From positions 139,626,001 through 139,690,000 of the forward strand of contig NC_086097.1 in the NCBI RefSeq assembly GCF_963921235.1: a stretch of DNA of 64,000 nucleotides. Reading direction: 5' to 3'. Every line of letters begins with the position of its first letter. Position 1 is the stretch's first letter. This DNA comes from Mobula hypostoma (lineage: Eukaryota). Under the pieces are notes generated by a model. It was given only the letters and a program-made list of their open reading frames with translations, had not been told where the DNA came from and made no database searches. Below are positions 49,630 to 63,368 of the stretch, one piece after another. The translations under genes were made by a program, and so were the position numbers.

Positions 49630-49949
49630 GTAATTTTAAACCTCTCCTTCTTGATGATCTTGGCATTGGCTAATATTCTGTGATTGTAATTAATAGATGG
49701 TCACCAGTTTGGTTTTCAGCAGTTAAAGCTGTTGCAACCTGCATTTTTCAATTATGCTTACACATTGTGATAGCTAATATGCTGTAGAGCATTTTCAATG
49801 CAGGAGATTGGACAGATAGAGGAATAGGTTCATATGGTTTCACCTCTATTTAGTGGCTGCAGTTCTCAATGTTTGACAACAAACATGCATCTTATTGTTT
49901 TTTCCTTTCTTTCTACCATTCTCCCCTCTCACCTATGTGTGTATTGCAG

Positions 49950-50060
49950 CAAGATGAGTATCACATGGTTCATCTAGTCTGTTCTTCAAGGTCTCCTTCA
50001 GGATCACCCAAACCCAGTGACAGGAACAATGGAATGACAATAACCAACAGTGGTACCACG
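49950..50060 (+). CDS. HERPUD2: HERPUD2 coding exon 3
   Basis: Acceptor ttgcAG, peptide QDEYHMVHLVCSSRSPSGSPKPSDRNNGMTITNSGTT, donor GTAAGG. 111 nt, phase 0-0. Confidence 0.95.
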
Positions 50061-50449
50061 GTAAGGTAGCTGCAACAGCCATTATTGCTTCACTTTTGGC
50101 TCATGGTACATGGTTCAGAAATTGGGGTGAGTTTTGTGTTTGGGTAGTTCACTGTTCAGTTTCCATGGAGTAAGTAAACAGCACTTACAAGAAATCACAG
50201 TGTACGATACTTAAGGCACAGTTGCTAAGGCTCACTTTAAAAACTGTCTTCATGATTAGAGTTTAATCCTGATTTGAGGTGTGTGTTTTGGAGGAAACTG
50301 CAAAATGTTGCATAGATGAGGCATGTTGAGGAACAAAGGTATCCCTGAAGGTTGCAGAACAGTTGGATAAGATGGTGAGGAAGGCAGTTGGATATTTCTG
50401 TTCATTATCTCTGGCAGAGAAGATCTCTGGCAGATCTGGGCTGACATTT

Positions 50450-50593
50450 ACGTGTTGGGCGACACCTAATTAATTAGCTTGTTCATTTCGGCTTTTTTCT
50501 TAAAGATGTGCTTGGTGCGTTCCAACTACCGCTGCACCACTGCATTCTTCGCGGCAATGTATTGGTCCGCGGCCCGGAGGTTGGGGACCACTG
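50450..50593 (-). mobile_element. hAT (Charlie-like) MITE terminal fragment
   Basis: The terminus reads CAGTGGTCCCCAACCTCCGGGCCGCGGACC on the minus strand. Confidence 0.55.
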
Positions 50594-50649
50594 ATTAAAA
50601 GAGTCTGCTTCTGTGCCGTATGACTGACTGTGTTTGTATTAATTTAAAA

Positions 50650-52450
50650 AAAAACAACAAAAGCTGTTCATACTCAACAGATCAGGCAAACTCTGGGAAG
50701 CTGATATTTCAGGTTGATGAACTGTCACCAAAACTAGGAAATCTTGGAAAAAGAAGCAGAATGAGCTGAAAGAATCAAGATGTCAGTGGTGTTGGTAGCA
50801 TCTGCACCTGTTCATCAGAGCTAAACCTTCAGTAAGAGGTGTGAGTAGAGGGTAAGAAATGAGAATTGAGGAGAGAACACAATGTGCTGTATCTATGAGG
50901 TATATACACTGTTGCTGGAAATCCAAGATACCTCAAGAAATACCTGGTAGGTCAGGCAGCATCTAGAGTAAAGGGAGAAAAAAAATTAACATGTAAGTGA
51001 CCTTGAAGCTGAACTGGCTGATTCTGACACAATTTGGGAAGGTTGCTTATATGAAATTGATAAATTCATTGGATCTGGGCTGTAATTGCCCACATAGAAG
51101 GTGAGCTGAATCAGATGGATGGAGAATTAAAGTGAAAGGTAGCTGGAAGTTCAGTCATCCTTGGGGGCTGAGAAAGACTATTTGCAAAGTGGTCGCGTAA
51201 TTTGTTTGATTTCTTCAATGCACAAGAAGTCACATTGTCAGCACCAAGTTTAGTACACTAAAATGGAAGAAAGATGAGTAAGTAATTGATTGGCTTGGAA
51301 GGTGTGTTTGTGCCCTTGGATTGTGGAAGGAAGAGGAGTGAAAAGAAGAGGTTGCATATCCTGTGGCAAGTGAAGGTGCTATCAGAAGTGGCTTTTGGTG
51401 TAGATATAAGAGTGAATCAGGGAGTTGTGGAGAAACAGCCCATTGAGGCTGGCAGAAATGGTAAAGGATGCACTAAATGTGCAGGTTGGTGATGTGAATA
51501 GCAAGGACAAGAGAGATCGTATCCCTGCTTAGAGAAGAAGAGTGGGTAAACACAGAAGTGTGGCAACTAGATCAGGCATATCTAGGTCCCTGTCAATGGC
51601 AGAACAAAGGAAGCCATAGCTGAGGGGAAAAAATCTCAGAAGCACCACTGTGGGAATTGTTGTCATTAGAACAGATACAGAAGAGATGTTTAAAAACTAG
51701 TAAAATGGAATGGAGTCCTTACAGGAGGAGGGTGAGAAGAGATGTCATCAAGATAGTTGTGCTGTTCTTTTGGATACTGGCTGCTAACTTGGACTCTGAG
51801 GTGGAAATAGCAATGAGAAATAGGAAAGGAAGTATCAGATGGAACATGTGAAAGTGAGAACAGGGTAGAAATTGTTTGCAAACATGGTGAAATTTTCCTG
51901 TTCTGGTTGAGAGCAGAGATCTGTAATCAAAACCAATATATTAAAATAAGAGTTGGATGCAGGTGCCTAAATATGATCTGAAACAAGTATTTCCACATCA
52001 CCCACAACGGGGCATTTCTCAACAAGTAGAATCTATTGCTGTACATTTCAGCTTGAAGGAAGTGTCTGAGGTTTAAAGAAGTTCTTCATTACCAGGAGGT
52101 CAGCCAGATGAGGGGGCCATTTGGAAGAAAAAAAGGGCACCTGTTATCTGGTGTGAGATAGAGATGCAGAGTGATTGGCTACCTATGCTGTAGTAGAGGG
52201 TATCAGAGATGCTCAGATGCTGGTAAGAATAAATTGGCTAAGGTGTGAAAGGATAGAGTTAAGGTAGGAAGAAATAAGTTCTGTAGGGTTAAAAACGGAT
52301 TGAAATAGTAGCATTGCCAGAACAGCCCTGCCTGTGGATGTTGGGGAACAGGTGAAAGTGGATTCTAAGGCAGGAAGCTGTGAAAGAAAATTTGAGGAAA
52401 TGAAGTCGGTGACCTTTTGGGGGGACAGTAATCTGATGTTCAGTGAAAGG
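50650..52450 (-). mobile_element. Old Penelope-like element, heavily decayed
   Basis: Reverse strand about 51050-51300 retains traces of the GIY-YIG region (VY...C..C.L..IEE.K...RDHFA). Terminal-repeat remnants at about 50650-50980. Confidence 0.5.
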
Positions 52451-53695
52451 TATCTGTGGCTATCTGAGAGCTGGCATTTGGTCAATGAAGTTGAAATCAG
52501 TTTGCCAAACAATAACCCTGTGCTTGTAGGCTTGAGGACACTGTGTTGGTTCTTACTGAATGTAAGTTTGGAAATAAATGTGGAAATTTTGAGATAGTGT
52601 CGTAGTTGGTAGTTAGTGAAGAAAGGTCCGCACATAGTACCAGGCTAAAGAGAATTCTGAAGGTGGGAGAGGGTCTACAATCTTGGGTGGTGACTACTGG
52701 CAAAAAATAAGGCTGGAGGAGAAGGCAGCAGCAGCAGAAGGTGTTGATTGCTTCAGTGTATTTCACTGACTTTATGTTCTTTGAAATTTCCTGAAATTTA
52801 CAAGGAAAGTGTTGCCAAGTTTTCATTGTGTGAAATACACAGGCTGAACAGTGCTGTGTGTAGGATTTCTGCCTCAGCTCTGGTCACCCAAGGTTCAAAA
52901 CTGATCTCTGGTGGGCCTATGACCGTTTAGGTTTGCCCCTGCTGTTGCTATTTCCTCTCAGAACCCAACCTGGTTTGGTTGGTTAGTTGGCCACGACAAA
53001 TTGTCATTTGAAACTCCATCGTAAGAAATACAAAATGGCAGTTAATGTGTTTTAGTTTGTACTTTGATTTGTGTGTTTGTGAAGATAAAAGGCAAATTTA
53101 CGTGCTGTGCTTCTGGAAGAGCTTTATCCTTGCAGCATTGTTGTATTTTAAGAACCAGCATAGTGGTGAAGCTGAGCTTTCACTTGAAATGTCCATTGTG
53201 ATCAGTGAGGAGTGTGGAGACAGTGGTCAGGCTTCTGCCATGTAGATTGGAGAAATAGCAAGTGAGATTGATGTTGAGCTTAATGAGTGGTTGACTCTTC
53301 TTATTGTTTCACCTGTCAAAGGCTGACTAGTCTCCAACATTTTGCCCCTATTACTGTTTCCCAGGAAATACTGCTGTTTGGGAGTTGGGAATGTTTGTAA
53401 TTTATAAAGGAAACATGCAGTTTAAGATTTAGATTATTTTGGCTAAAGACTGAAGTATGGATGTGGAATAAAATGAGGATTTTTGGATTCAGTTTGGTAC
53501 GTAGGGAGAGAAAGCTTAATTTTTCAGTTCAATAACCATTAATGGACAGCGTGCATGAGCCTAGTTCCCAACTTTTATTTATTGCATGGACCCCTACCAT
53601 TAACCGAGGAGTCCAGACCCTGGATGGAATGATTCCTGTTCACTTCTGAGTTTCTGCTAAACAAATGTATTTACAAGTCTTGCTTCTCTCTTCAG

Positions 53696-53856
53696 AGTTC
53701 TGAAAATTCAAGTACCCCAGCACCCACTCTATCTTCAAGTCAAGAATCTGTAAGTGGACACCCAGCTTCCAATCCCACTGATCTGAGGCATCGTAGCCCC
53801 TCTCAGGTTACTTTAAACCTTGCACAGAGCCAAAGACTCCAACGTGTGATCCAAGG
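53696..53856 (+). CDS. HERPUD2: HERPUD2 coding exon 4
   Basis: Acceptor cttctctcttcAG, peptide SSENSSTPAPTLSSSQESVSGHPASNPTDLRHRSPSQVTLNLAQSQRLQRVIQG (conserved LRxR motif), donor GTAGGT. 161 nt, phase 0-2. Confidence 0.88.
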
Positions 53857-54991
53857 GTAGGTAGATTGTTAAAAGAGGATGCCACATCATCCAGATTATT
53901 TGCAGGGTGTGACTGATTTTGAAGTGTGTGGGAGGTGTTGCTTTGTTTTCTTCAAGCGCTGCAGTAGGTTTTAGTGTTGATGTTTCGAAGTGATCTGAGG
54001 GAAGGAATGTTAAATTGATGGTGGAGTGTTATTGTGCATAATGATTGTGTGGGAGTTGGGAAGTATTCCTCTGGTTATAGCAAATTGTTCACCTTCTGTT
54101 CTACTTTTGGTCCCATTCTAAGCTTCAACCCTATATCCTTTCTATCTCAAAAATACTGAACACTTTGTACCCAGCTGATCAGTCACAAAAACACTTGTAC
54201 TTTCTTGTTACTACTGTTCGGGAATAATGCAATCTTGTCTTAGCCACTGCCACACCTTCCATTAACTATGAAAAATGCTGATATACATACCTTTATTTGC
54301 TCCTAAATCAAGATCCTGTGTTTAGTTAGATTTGTCATCAGAGTACCTTCTTTAAATGTGCCTTGTATACCCTAATGCTTTAGTGTAAAGTTTCAGTGTT
54401 GCAATACCCACTTGACTCATAAGTTATATCGCTGCCCTTTTTTTTTTGGTGGGTTATTTCCCCAGTGTCTCTGGCTTGATATGCGCCAAGCCTATGTCTG
54501 GTTCTTGGGATTTTTTATGTTACTTTCATCACAAATTGTTGACGTGCCTCTGGTATTGATCTTGGTAACGTACATACGTTTACGATTATCTCTGGATGCT
54601 GGCATTGCAGAGATTGGGAACTGAGATTTGAGTCTGGCTGGATCAGAGCAAAGGTGAAAATCGAACAAAGTCACAAGGTGCTCTTCCGATGGTGCGTTTG
54701 TCCTAGGTTGGGATTGCACAAATGATGCATTTTTACTACGTTTTGATGTACGTGATAAGTAAATGAATCTGAATCTATAAAATGTGTGCGGTAATGTTAG
54801 TGTTATATTTGATTAGATTTCAAAGTCAAGGATGTAAAGCTAAAGGGAAAATCAATTGGAAAATATAAAATACAGCAAACTGTCAGAGTATCAGAAGGCC
54901 ACCTTGCCAATCCTGTGTAGATCAAAGATTCATAATAATCATATTTTTTGTCTCCCTTCTCTGCTAAACTGTGATACCTGATTCCTTTCAG

Positions 54992-55117
54992 ACATGGAGG
55001 AGGCCAGGTTCCTATGCAACCAGTGATTCCGGTTGGCTTTCCAGTTTATCCCATGTACAGTCCACATCATGTGCTCTGGTGGCAGCAAATGTACGCTCGA
55101 CAGTACTACTGGCAGTA
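54992..55117 (+). CDS. HERPUD2: HERPUD2 coding exon 5
   Basis: Acceptor ttcctttcAG, peptide (G)HGGGQVPMQPVIPVGFPVYPMYSPHHVLWWQQMYARQYYWQ(Y), donor GTAAGT. 126 nt, phase 2-2. WWQQMYAxQYY is a HERP-family motif. Confidence 0.94.
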
Positions 55118-55134
55118 GTAAGTACTCTGACCTC

Positions 55135-55780
55135 AATTAGAATCAGATTTATTATCATTGATGTACAGAATGTAATGGAATTTGCTTTGTGACAAAAACA
55201 CAGTGGAAGTATGAAAATTATGAAAAATAAATATTGAAAGAGTTATAGTGGGATAGTGTTCATGGTCTATTCAGAAATATGACAGTCGAGGGGAAGAACC
55301 AATTCCTAAAATTTTAAATGTTGGTCTTCAGGCCCCTGTATAGGGCATGGACTGGATAGTGAGGGTCCTTAATGATGAATGCTACCTAATTGAAGCACTG
55401 CCTTTTGAAGATGTCCTTGGTGGTGCAAAGGATTTTCCCTGTGATGGAAGTGGCTGTGTACAACTCTCTTTAGCCTCTTTCAATCCAGTACATTGGAGCC
55501 TCAATACCAGGTATTAATGCAGCCAATCAGCATGCTCTCCACCATACATCTGCAGAAATTTGCTGGTGTCTTTGGTGACACATGAAATCTCCTCAAACTC
55601 TTGATGAAATATTGCTGCTGGTGTGCCACCTTCATGGTTGCATTGATGTGTTGGGCCCAGGACAGATTCTCGAAGCTGTTGACTCCCTGGAACTTGAAGC
55701 TACTCACCCTTTTCATCACTGAACCCACCTGATTGAGGACTTGTGTGTGTTCTCCCAACTGCCCCTTCCTGAACTCCACA
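55135..55780 (-). mobile_element. Rex/Babar 3' fragment immediately after exon 5
   Basis: KRVSSFKFQGVN..LSWAQHINA..FIKSLRRF..ESMLIGCINTWY. Confidence 0.8.
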
Positions 55781-56194
55781 AGATATAAAGTGGGTTATGC
55801 AAAGATGTATCTTTTTCATATTATCAGGAAAATGTAATTAATATCAGCCATGTCATTTCATATTTCTAATTCTGATATTGTTGGAAGAATCTAGAAGAGT
55901 AATGTAACACGGTTGAAGTTCTAGAGTATTATCCAACAGCTACTGCTAACTTCTCCAGCAAAGATGGCATTAATCTGAAGCTTCTTAACCATAAATATGT
56001 TGTTTAAAGTATAATTACCATATAATTTTCATCAGAGGAGTTGGTGGGGGAAGGATTGAACAAGTTCCAATTTGCATTTAGAAAGCAAATACAATTTAGA
56101 TTTTACTATTTGTATAAGTAAACTGTTCCAAATGTTTTGGAAATGTAATATAGCAAACCTATGTTTAAATATGTTTGAGACATTTCCACATCTT

Positions 56195-57125
56195 CATGTG
56201 TGCTGAGCCCTCTTCTGTACTCCCTTTTCACCTATGACTGCATTTCTGTACATGGTTCTAACTCCATAGTCAAGTTCGCAGATGACACCACGGTGGTTGG
56301 CCTGATCAGAGGGGATGACGAGACGGCCTACAGGGACGAGGTCTAGCAGTGGCCGCGTGGTGTGCCAACAACAACCTGGCCTTTAACACCCAGAAGACCA
56401 AGGACTTCAGGCATGCTGGGAGCCACACTCGCGTCCCCATCTACATCAATGGAGCTGTAGTGGAGCGTGTATCAAGCTTCAAATTCCTTGGTGTCCACAT
56501 TTCCTAGGATCTCACCTGGTCCCTGAACTCCTCCATCCTGATCAAAAAGGCGCAACAGCACCTTTATTTCCTGCAGAGCATCAAGAAAGCTCACCTCTGT
56601 CCCAGGATACTGACGGACCATTGAGAGCATACTGACCAACTGCATCTCAGTGTGGTATGGCAACTGTCCTGTATCCGACTGCAAAGCACTCCAGCGTGTG
56701 GTGAAAACTGCCCAGCGGATTATCGGCACCCAATTGCCCATCATTGAGAACATCTACCATAAACACTGCCTGGGCAGGGCGAAAAGCATTATCAACGATG
56801 CATCTCACCCTAACCGTGGACTTTTTACTCTCCTCTCATCTGATAGGCGCTACAGGAGCCTCCGCTCCCTCACCAGCAGGCACAGGAAGAGTTTCTTCCC
56901 TGAGGCTTTGACCCTGCTGAACCTCACATCACAGTACTAAGCAGTATTGCACCCATATTGTACTGTCTCAGTACTTTTATATTTATGTGCTGTAGCACTT
57001 ACTTTTTATTCGCAGTTATTTTGTAAATAACACTATTCTTTGCATTTCTGGTTAGATGCTAACTGCATTTCATTGGCTTTGTATCTGTACTCAGCGCAAT
57101 GATAATAAAGTTGAATCGAATCTTA
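56195..57125 (+). mobile_element. Rex/Babar LINE, 5'-truncated and relatively young
   Basis: VLSPLLYSLFT..KFADDTTVVGLI, WYGNCPVSDCKALQRVVKTAQRIIG, and tail aataaagttgaatcgaatc. Confidence 0.88.
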
Positions 57126-57239
57126 TCTAGTTGTAATGCTGAGTGTGGCTCTATGGAGCCACTTGCTGGACAGAGCTTGTAAATACACCCACAATTTATG
57201 CAATTGTAAAATCCTGGATGCTAAGTACTGTATCTGCCA

Positions 57240-59712
57240 GTTGTAGAATCTAACCTCTACTTAGTTTCCACACTGAATCCATAGATCATGACTCTTCCAA
57301 ATACCATCTAAATATTGTTAAAATAAAAGTCTATCTGCTTCCTACACTTCAGGCAAGTGAGTTCCAGATCCCATAATATTCTAGGTGAAACTTTTTCCTT
57401 CCCCTCAACTTCCTAATTTTTCTACCAAGTACTTCTCTTTAAACAACTTTGCTAAGGGAGATGAGTCCCTCTACTTGCTCTGGCTCGCCCCCTCATATTG
57501 GTTGGCATCTCAGTAGAACCACTCCTTGGCCTCAACTCAACACGGAATGATCCCAGCTTATGTTATCTTTTTTTATCATGGCTGGAAACATTCCTTGTAT
57601 CTCCAATGTAGTCAGATATTTCTTGTGATGTGATGACCAGAAGAGTACAGGTTTCTCGAATTGTGGCTTAACTAGTTTTGTACACAGAGCTAGTATAAAT
57701 TCTGTTCTATAGTATATGCTACCTAATAAAAGAAAGCAATCCCTAGTTATCAACCTGTCTGCTGTACACTTGGATCTGTGAACTTGCTCTCCCGTGTGCC
57801 TCTGTTACGCCATGTTTCTCAACAAGGTATTGCTAGCCTTTTTGCACCTCCCTGAGTTCATTTGCCACCTTCCTTCCCAACCAACCAGTTCATCTATTGA
57901 TTCAATAGGTTCAATTTAATGTCAGAGAAATGTATACAATATACATCTTGAAATTCTTTTTCTTCACAAACATCAAAAACAGAGGAGCACCGGAAAGAAT
58001 GAATGACAGTTAAATGTTATAACCCTGAAGCCCTCCCCAGATACTCCCTCCCATGCATAAGCAGCAGCAAAGTGACGACCCCACCCTCCTCCACCAGCGA
58101 AAAAGCATCAGCCACCCCAGCGAGGATTCAAGTGAGCAGCAAAGCATCAATAAAGACACAGACTTGCAGTACCCCGAAGACTACTCGTTCACTCAGTAAT
58201 TCAACATACCACAGGCTCTCTCTGTCTCCCTAATAAGAGAAAGAAGTGTCCCTGTTTCACAGCGAGAGGAGAGACATAACAAAACAACTCACTGATTTAT
58301 GGTGTTAAGTCTCTTAAATCACTTTTTCTGAGTTCAGTGCCCAAAGATCTCGGGTCTCTGGGCACACAGCCAGCTCACTGCTTACAATCTTCTGTCCCCC
58401 ACGACACACCAGTTTTCTGCAGCAGCGCCAACCTTAAACTCGCTCCCCCCCCCCCCAGAGCCACGAAAAACCGGCACCCTGAAGGCATATTGACAAACAA
58501 CTGGTCATGAGGCCCCGAGAGCGGGTCCCATTCCCGCAAAGAATGGAAGAATTACATGAAGTATATTTGTGTAATTGAAAGCCTTCCTCCTCCACAGGCA
58601 ATCTTTGTGTCAGTTATTGACGGCTTTATTGTGTCCCTTGAATTTGGATCTAAATCAATTGTGTCTATCACAAAATGCAATACTGAGCCCAGTGAACTTC
58701 ACTGATAACAGCCCTCTCGTCACAAAAATAGCTGTCCACTCTTCCCCTCTGTTTCCAGACACTGGAGACTCTTAGTCCCATGGGCTTTTTAAGCGCCTTT
58801 CCATTTAGAACACTTCAGAAAACTTGCCAGACTTTAAAAAGCATTCAATTGTGAATTTACACTGACTGTTTTCGATGAATCAATAAATTGGGATGGATTC
58901 CAGTAATTAATCTGCGGCATATTTAAACTAATTGCCCTGTCCTTAATTGAGCACCTTGGCCTTGTTCACCAGTAAACCATTTGGTCCTGTTTTTCTCCAC
59001 CCTGATGAGTTCAAAGGCCACACACTGCCAAGAAACAAACCAGCAGTAGCAGTTAATATCCCTGCTGAAGTTCCAAGCCCCAGTAGTGAGAGATCAGCTA
59101 CGAATTTATATCCTCATCTATGCCTGGAAAGAGGATGGTGTAATGGTCACTATCTTCGGAAATCCAATTGCAATGAAAATCAGGTCCCTGCAGGCTGCCA
59201 ACAGGAAAGTCATCACGAAGTCCTGTAACCAATGACTGCTTGGCTACTCCCTGTATCAAGTGTAAATTCCATCCCTCTGGTGACATGGTGATCAGGATTT
59301 TACCATGTCACCGGCAGCAATAAAGTACATTTAAATAGAGTCCAAGCGATGACTCTTTAAAGTTCAAAGTAAATTTATTATCAAAGAACATGCATGTCAC
59401 CATATACAACCTTGAGACTGATTTTCTCATGGGCATTCACAGTAAATACAAGAAACACAATAACATCAATGAAGGACGGCCCCAATAAGATGAACAACTA
59501 CTACTGTGCAAATACAAAATGAGAAAGGAGGAATAACACTAAATAAGTAAACAATAAATATTTAGAAAATTATTTGTAGTGTCCTTGAAAGTGAACTTAT
59601 AGGTTGTGGGAACAGTTCAGTGGTGAGAGGGGAGGGAAGCGAGTGAAGTTATTCCCTCTGATTCAACAGCCTGATGTTTCTGGGGTAATAACAGCGGTGT
59701 GGGTCCTGAGGC
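57240..59712 (-). mobile_element. Cluster of decayed LINE remnants (old CR1, non-autonomous or 3'-UTR retroelement pieces, Rex 3' UTR)
   Basis: LCTKLVKPQFEKPVLFWSSH (CR1-like). Reverse tails at about 57900 and 59360, the latter matching those at 565 and 4582. Confidence 0.5.
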
Positions 59713-61250
59713 TTCTTTCTTTTTCAATCTTTTCATTAAATTTCAGATTAATATACATAACAATACTAATGATACAAAGAGATCAGTGTAGCATTGATAA
59801 TGGTTAACATATACAAACATAATTTGAGTAAAATATATAATTCAGGCCTCCCAATTTATAAAGAACCCCCGAACTGGAAAAAAACAACAAAAACTGGATG
59901 TCCTATTCCCTCAGATAAGAACATTATTTGTCATTAACTGCATTCCTCCATAGATAAGTAAAAGATTATTTTATTTTATTATAAGTAAAAGGTTCTGAAA
60001 GGAACAGCTTACATCATATGTTGAATAAATGGTCTCCAGGTTTCTTCAAATTTAACTGAAGAATCAACCATGCCACACCTAATTTTTTCCAGGTTTAAAC
60101 ATAATATAGTTTGAGAAAACCATTGAAAAGTAGTAGGAGGATCAGAATCTTTCCATTTAAGTAAGATGGACCTTTTAGCTTTTAGTGTAACAAATGCAAT
60201 CAAATTGCAGCTGAAAAGGATAAATGACCAACATCTGTCACTGGTAATCCAAAAATTGCAGTAATAGGGTGAGGTTTTTAATTAATATGCAAAACTGTTG
60301 AAATAATATCAAAAATATCTTTCCAATATTTATCTAAAAGAGGGCAAGACCAAAACGTGTCAGAGAGACCACCTCAGAGTTACATCTGTCACACACAGGA
60401 TTTATGTCAGTAAAAACGAGCTAATTTATCCTTAGACATATGAGCCCTATGGACTATTTTAAATTGTATCAGTGTATGTCTAGCACACATTGAGAAAGTA
60501 TTAACTAATTGAAGAATTTTGTCCCATTTCTCAATAGGTAAAGATACCTGAAGTTCTCTTTCCCATTCACTTTTTATTTTATCAGATGTACCTAGATGTA
60601 TTTTCGTAATTAAATCATACAAAACTGCTATTAAGCGCTTCTGATAGGGATTTAAACCTAAAATTTTTTCTGTAATATTAGTTGGATGAAATATTGCAAA
60701 ATTAGGTAAAATACCATTCAAAGAAATTTCCATCTGCAGATATCTGGAAAAATGTGAAGTAGGCAACTTATATTTATTAGATAATTGTTCAAAGGACATG
60801 AAACAATTATCCATGGATAAATCACGAAAGCATGTTATTCCCCTTGTTTTCCATAAGGAAAAATCTTGATCAATTCTGGAAGGTTGAAAGAAAAAATTAG
60901 ATATAATAGGATGAGATAAAATAAATTCGTTCAATCCAAAAAATGTGCGAAATTGAAACCATATTCGTATTGTATGTTTAATTATTTGATTAATTATTTG
61001 TTTATTCAATTTGGTTAATGCAAAGGGGAGCAAAGCTCTTAAAATAGAAGCTAATGGGAACCCCTGCACAGACTCACCCTCAAGGTTCACCCATCATGGA
61101 CAATGAATTTCATCCCAACCTTGCATCCAAAACATTAAATACTGTATATTAATTGCCCAATAATAAAATCTAAAGTTCAGCAATGCTAAACCACTATCCT
61201 TTTTTGATTTCTGTAGATATTTCTTACTCAATCTAGGATTTTTATTCTGC

Positions 61251-61271
61251 TATATATATATATATATATAT
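61251..61271. repeat. (TA)n microsatellite
   Basis: About 10 TA units inside the L1. Confidence 0.9.
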
Positions 61272-63204
61272 TTATGAAGAAATTTTAGAATCAATAATAT
61301 CAGAAAAGGATTGAGATAAAAATTGGTACCATTTGAAATAAATACAGAAATTTAGGTAAAACAGTCATTTTAATAGCATTAATTCAACCAATCAATGATA
61401 AGACAATGGGGACCATTTAGTAAACAATTGTTTAACATGGTCAATTAAAGGTAGAAAGTTAACTTTAAATAGATCTTCATTTTTTTTTAGTAATTTTGAC
61501 ACCCAAATAAGTAAAATAATCAGTAATCAAGTCAAATGGTAATTGTCTATAAATTGGAACTTGCATATTTAATGGAAAAAGCTCACTCTTAATAATATTT
61601 AGTTTATAACCAGAAAAATTACTAAACTGAGCTAGTAGTGATAAAACTGTCGGGATGGATTTCTCTGGGTTAGAGATATATAGTAACAAGTCATCTGCAT
61701 ATAATGATACCTTATGCATCTCCTTCCCATGAGTAATTCCAAATATGTTGGGTGAATCATGAAAGGCAATTTCCAGGGGTTCCAAAGCTATATCAAATAA
61801 CAAAGGACTTAACGGACAACCCTGTTTAGTACCTCTGACAAGCCTAAAAGAGGGGGATCTCTGATTATTGGTAACTATGGAAGTCAAAGGTGAATGATAT
61901 ATCAGTTCAATCCAAGAAATAAATTTGGGCTAAAGTTGAATCTCTCAAGCACATTAAATAAATATTTCCATTCAACTCTGTCAGGCGCCTTCTTGGCGTC
62001 AAGCTAAATAACACATTCCGGAACTTTAGATGAAGGAGTATATGCAATGTTCATTAATCTCCTAACATTGAAATACGAGAAACGATTTTTAATAAATCCT
62101 GTCTGATCATCAGAAATAATTTGTGGCAGTACCTTTTCCAATCTATTTGCTATTATTTTAGAAAAAACTTTGGAATCTATATTCAACAAAGTTAAAGGTC
62201 TATATGATGCACAATCAATAAGGTCTTTATCTTTTTTAGGGATTAAAGAAATGGATGCTTCATAAAAGGATTGTGGTAATTTACCTACAAGTAAGGCATC
62301 CTTAAAAATTTTACATAGCCATGGTGAAAGTAAATTTGAAAAAGATTTATAAAATTCTTCTGAAAATCGATCCAAACCTGGTGCTTTTCCAGTATTCATC
62401 GCAAAAATTGCTTTCTTAATATCATCTTCCGTAATGGATGCATCTAGTTCTAAGCGTTCATTAAGTGGTAAATTCGGAATGTTCAATTTCCTTAAAAGTT
62501 CATGCATTATGGTAGATTCTTCAGGAAATTCCGCTTGATATAGAGAGGTATAAAATTCTTGAGAAGGTTTATTAATTTTGTCATGATCAACTGTCAGGGT
62601 ACCATCCCGTTTAGAAACTTTACTAATCAGGCGTTTAGCCGAAGTAGCTTTCAGTTGGTCTGCCAATAATTTACCTGATTTATCACCATGTATATAAAAT
62701 TGACTCTTAGTTTTAAGTAATTGATTTTCAATCAGGGAAATTAATAACAAATTATGTTGCATCTGAAGTTCAACCCTTCTATAGAGTTCTAGATTAGGAG
62801 CAACAAAATATTTTTTATCAGTTTCTTTAATCTTATCAACCAATGTACATATTTCATTATTAATTCATTTTTTCAATCCAGCAGAATATGAAATAATTTG
62901 CCCACGAATATATGCTTTAAAAGTATCCCACAATATTCCACTGGAAATTTCATCCGTAGAATTAGTTGAAAAGAAAAAAATCAGTCTGTTCTTTAATAAA
63001 ATTGGCTAAGTTTGAATCCTGAAGCAAAGTGGCTTTGAATCTCCATTGTCTAGCACTAGATATTACGTCGGTGAATTTAATTGATAGTTTCAGAGGTGCA
63101 TGATCAGAGACAGTAATTGCATCATATTCACATGCAATAACAGAAGAAACTAGTCAAGAATCAATAAAAAAATAATCAATTCTCAAATAACATGGGAAAA
63201 AAAT

Positions 63205-63368
63205 TAACCCTAACCCTGAAACCCTGAAACCCTGAAACCCTGAAACCCTGAAACCCTGAAACCCTGAAACCCTGAAACCCTGAAACCCTGAAACCCTGAA
63301 ACCCTGAAACCCTGAAACCCTGAAACCCTGAAACCCTGAAACCCTGAAACCCTGAAACCCTGAAACCC
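63205..63368. repeat. (TAACCC)2 followed by (TGAAACCC)19, a telomere-like tandem array
   Basis: Read directly: two vertebrate telomere hexamers at 63205-63216, then 19 perfect octamers at 63217-63368. Confidence 0.95.

Noticed and set aside
32646..55117. Assignment as HERPUD1
   Set aside because: NQKY.DQT..CFL.WTV and QDEYHMVHLVC fit HERPUD2 rather than HERPUD1.
58947..59228. 93-aa ORF as candidate HERPUD2 exon 6
   Set aside because: No similarity to the expected QAA...MNAQGG...RDWLDW region, and it lies in decayed LINE sequence.
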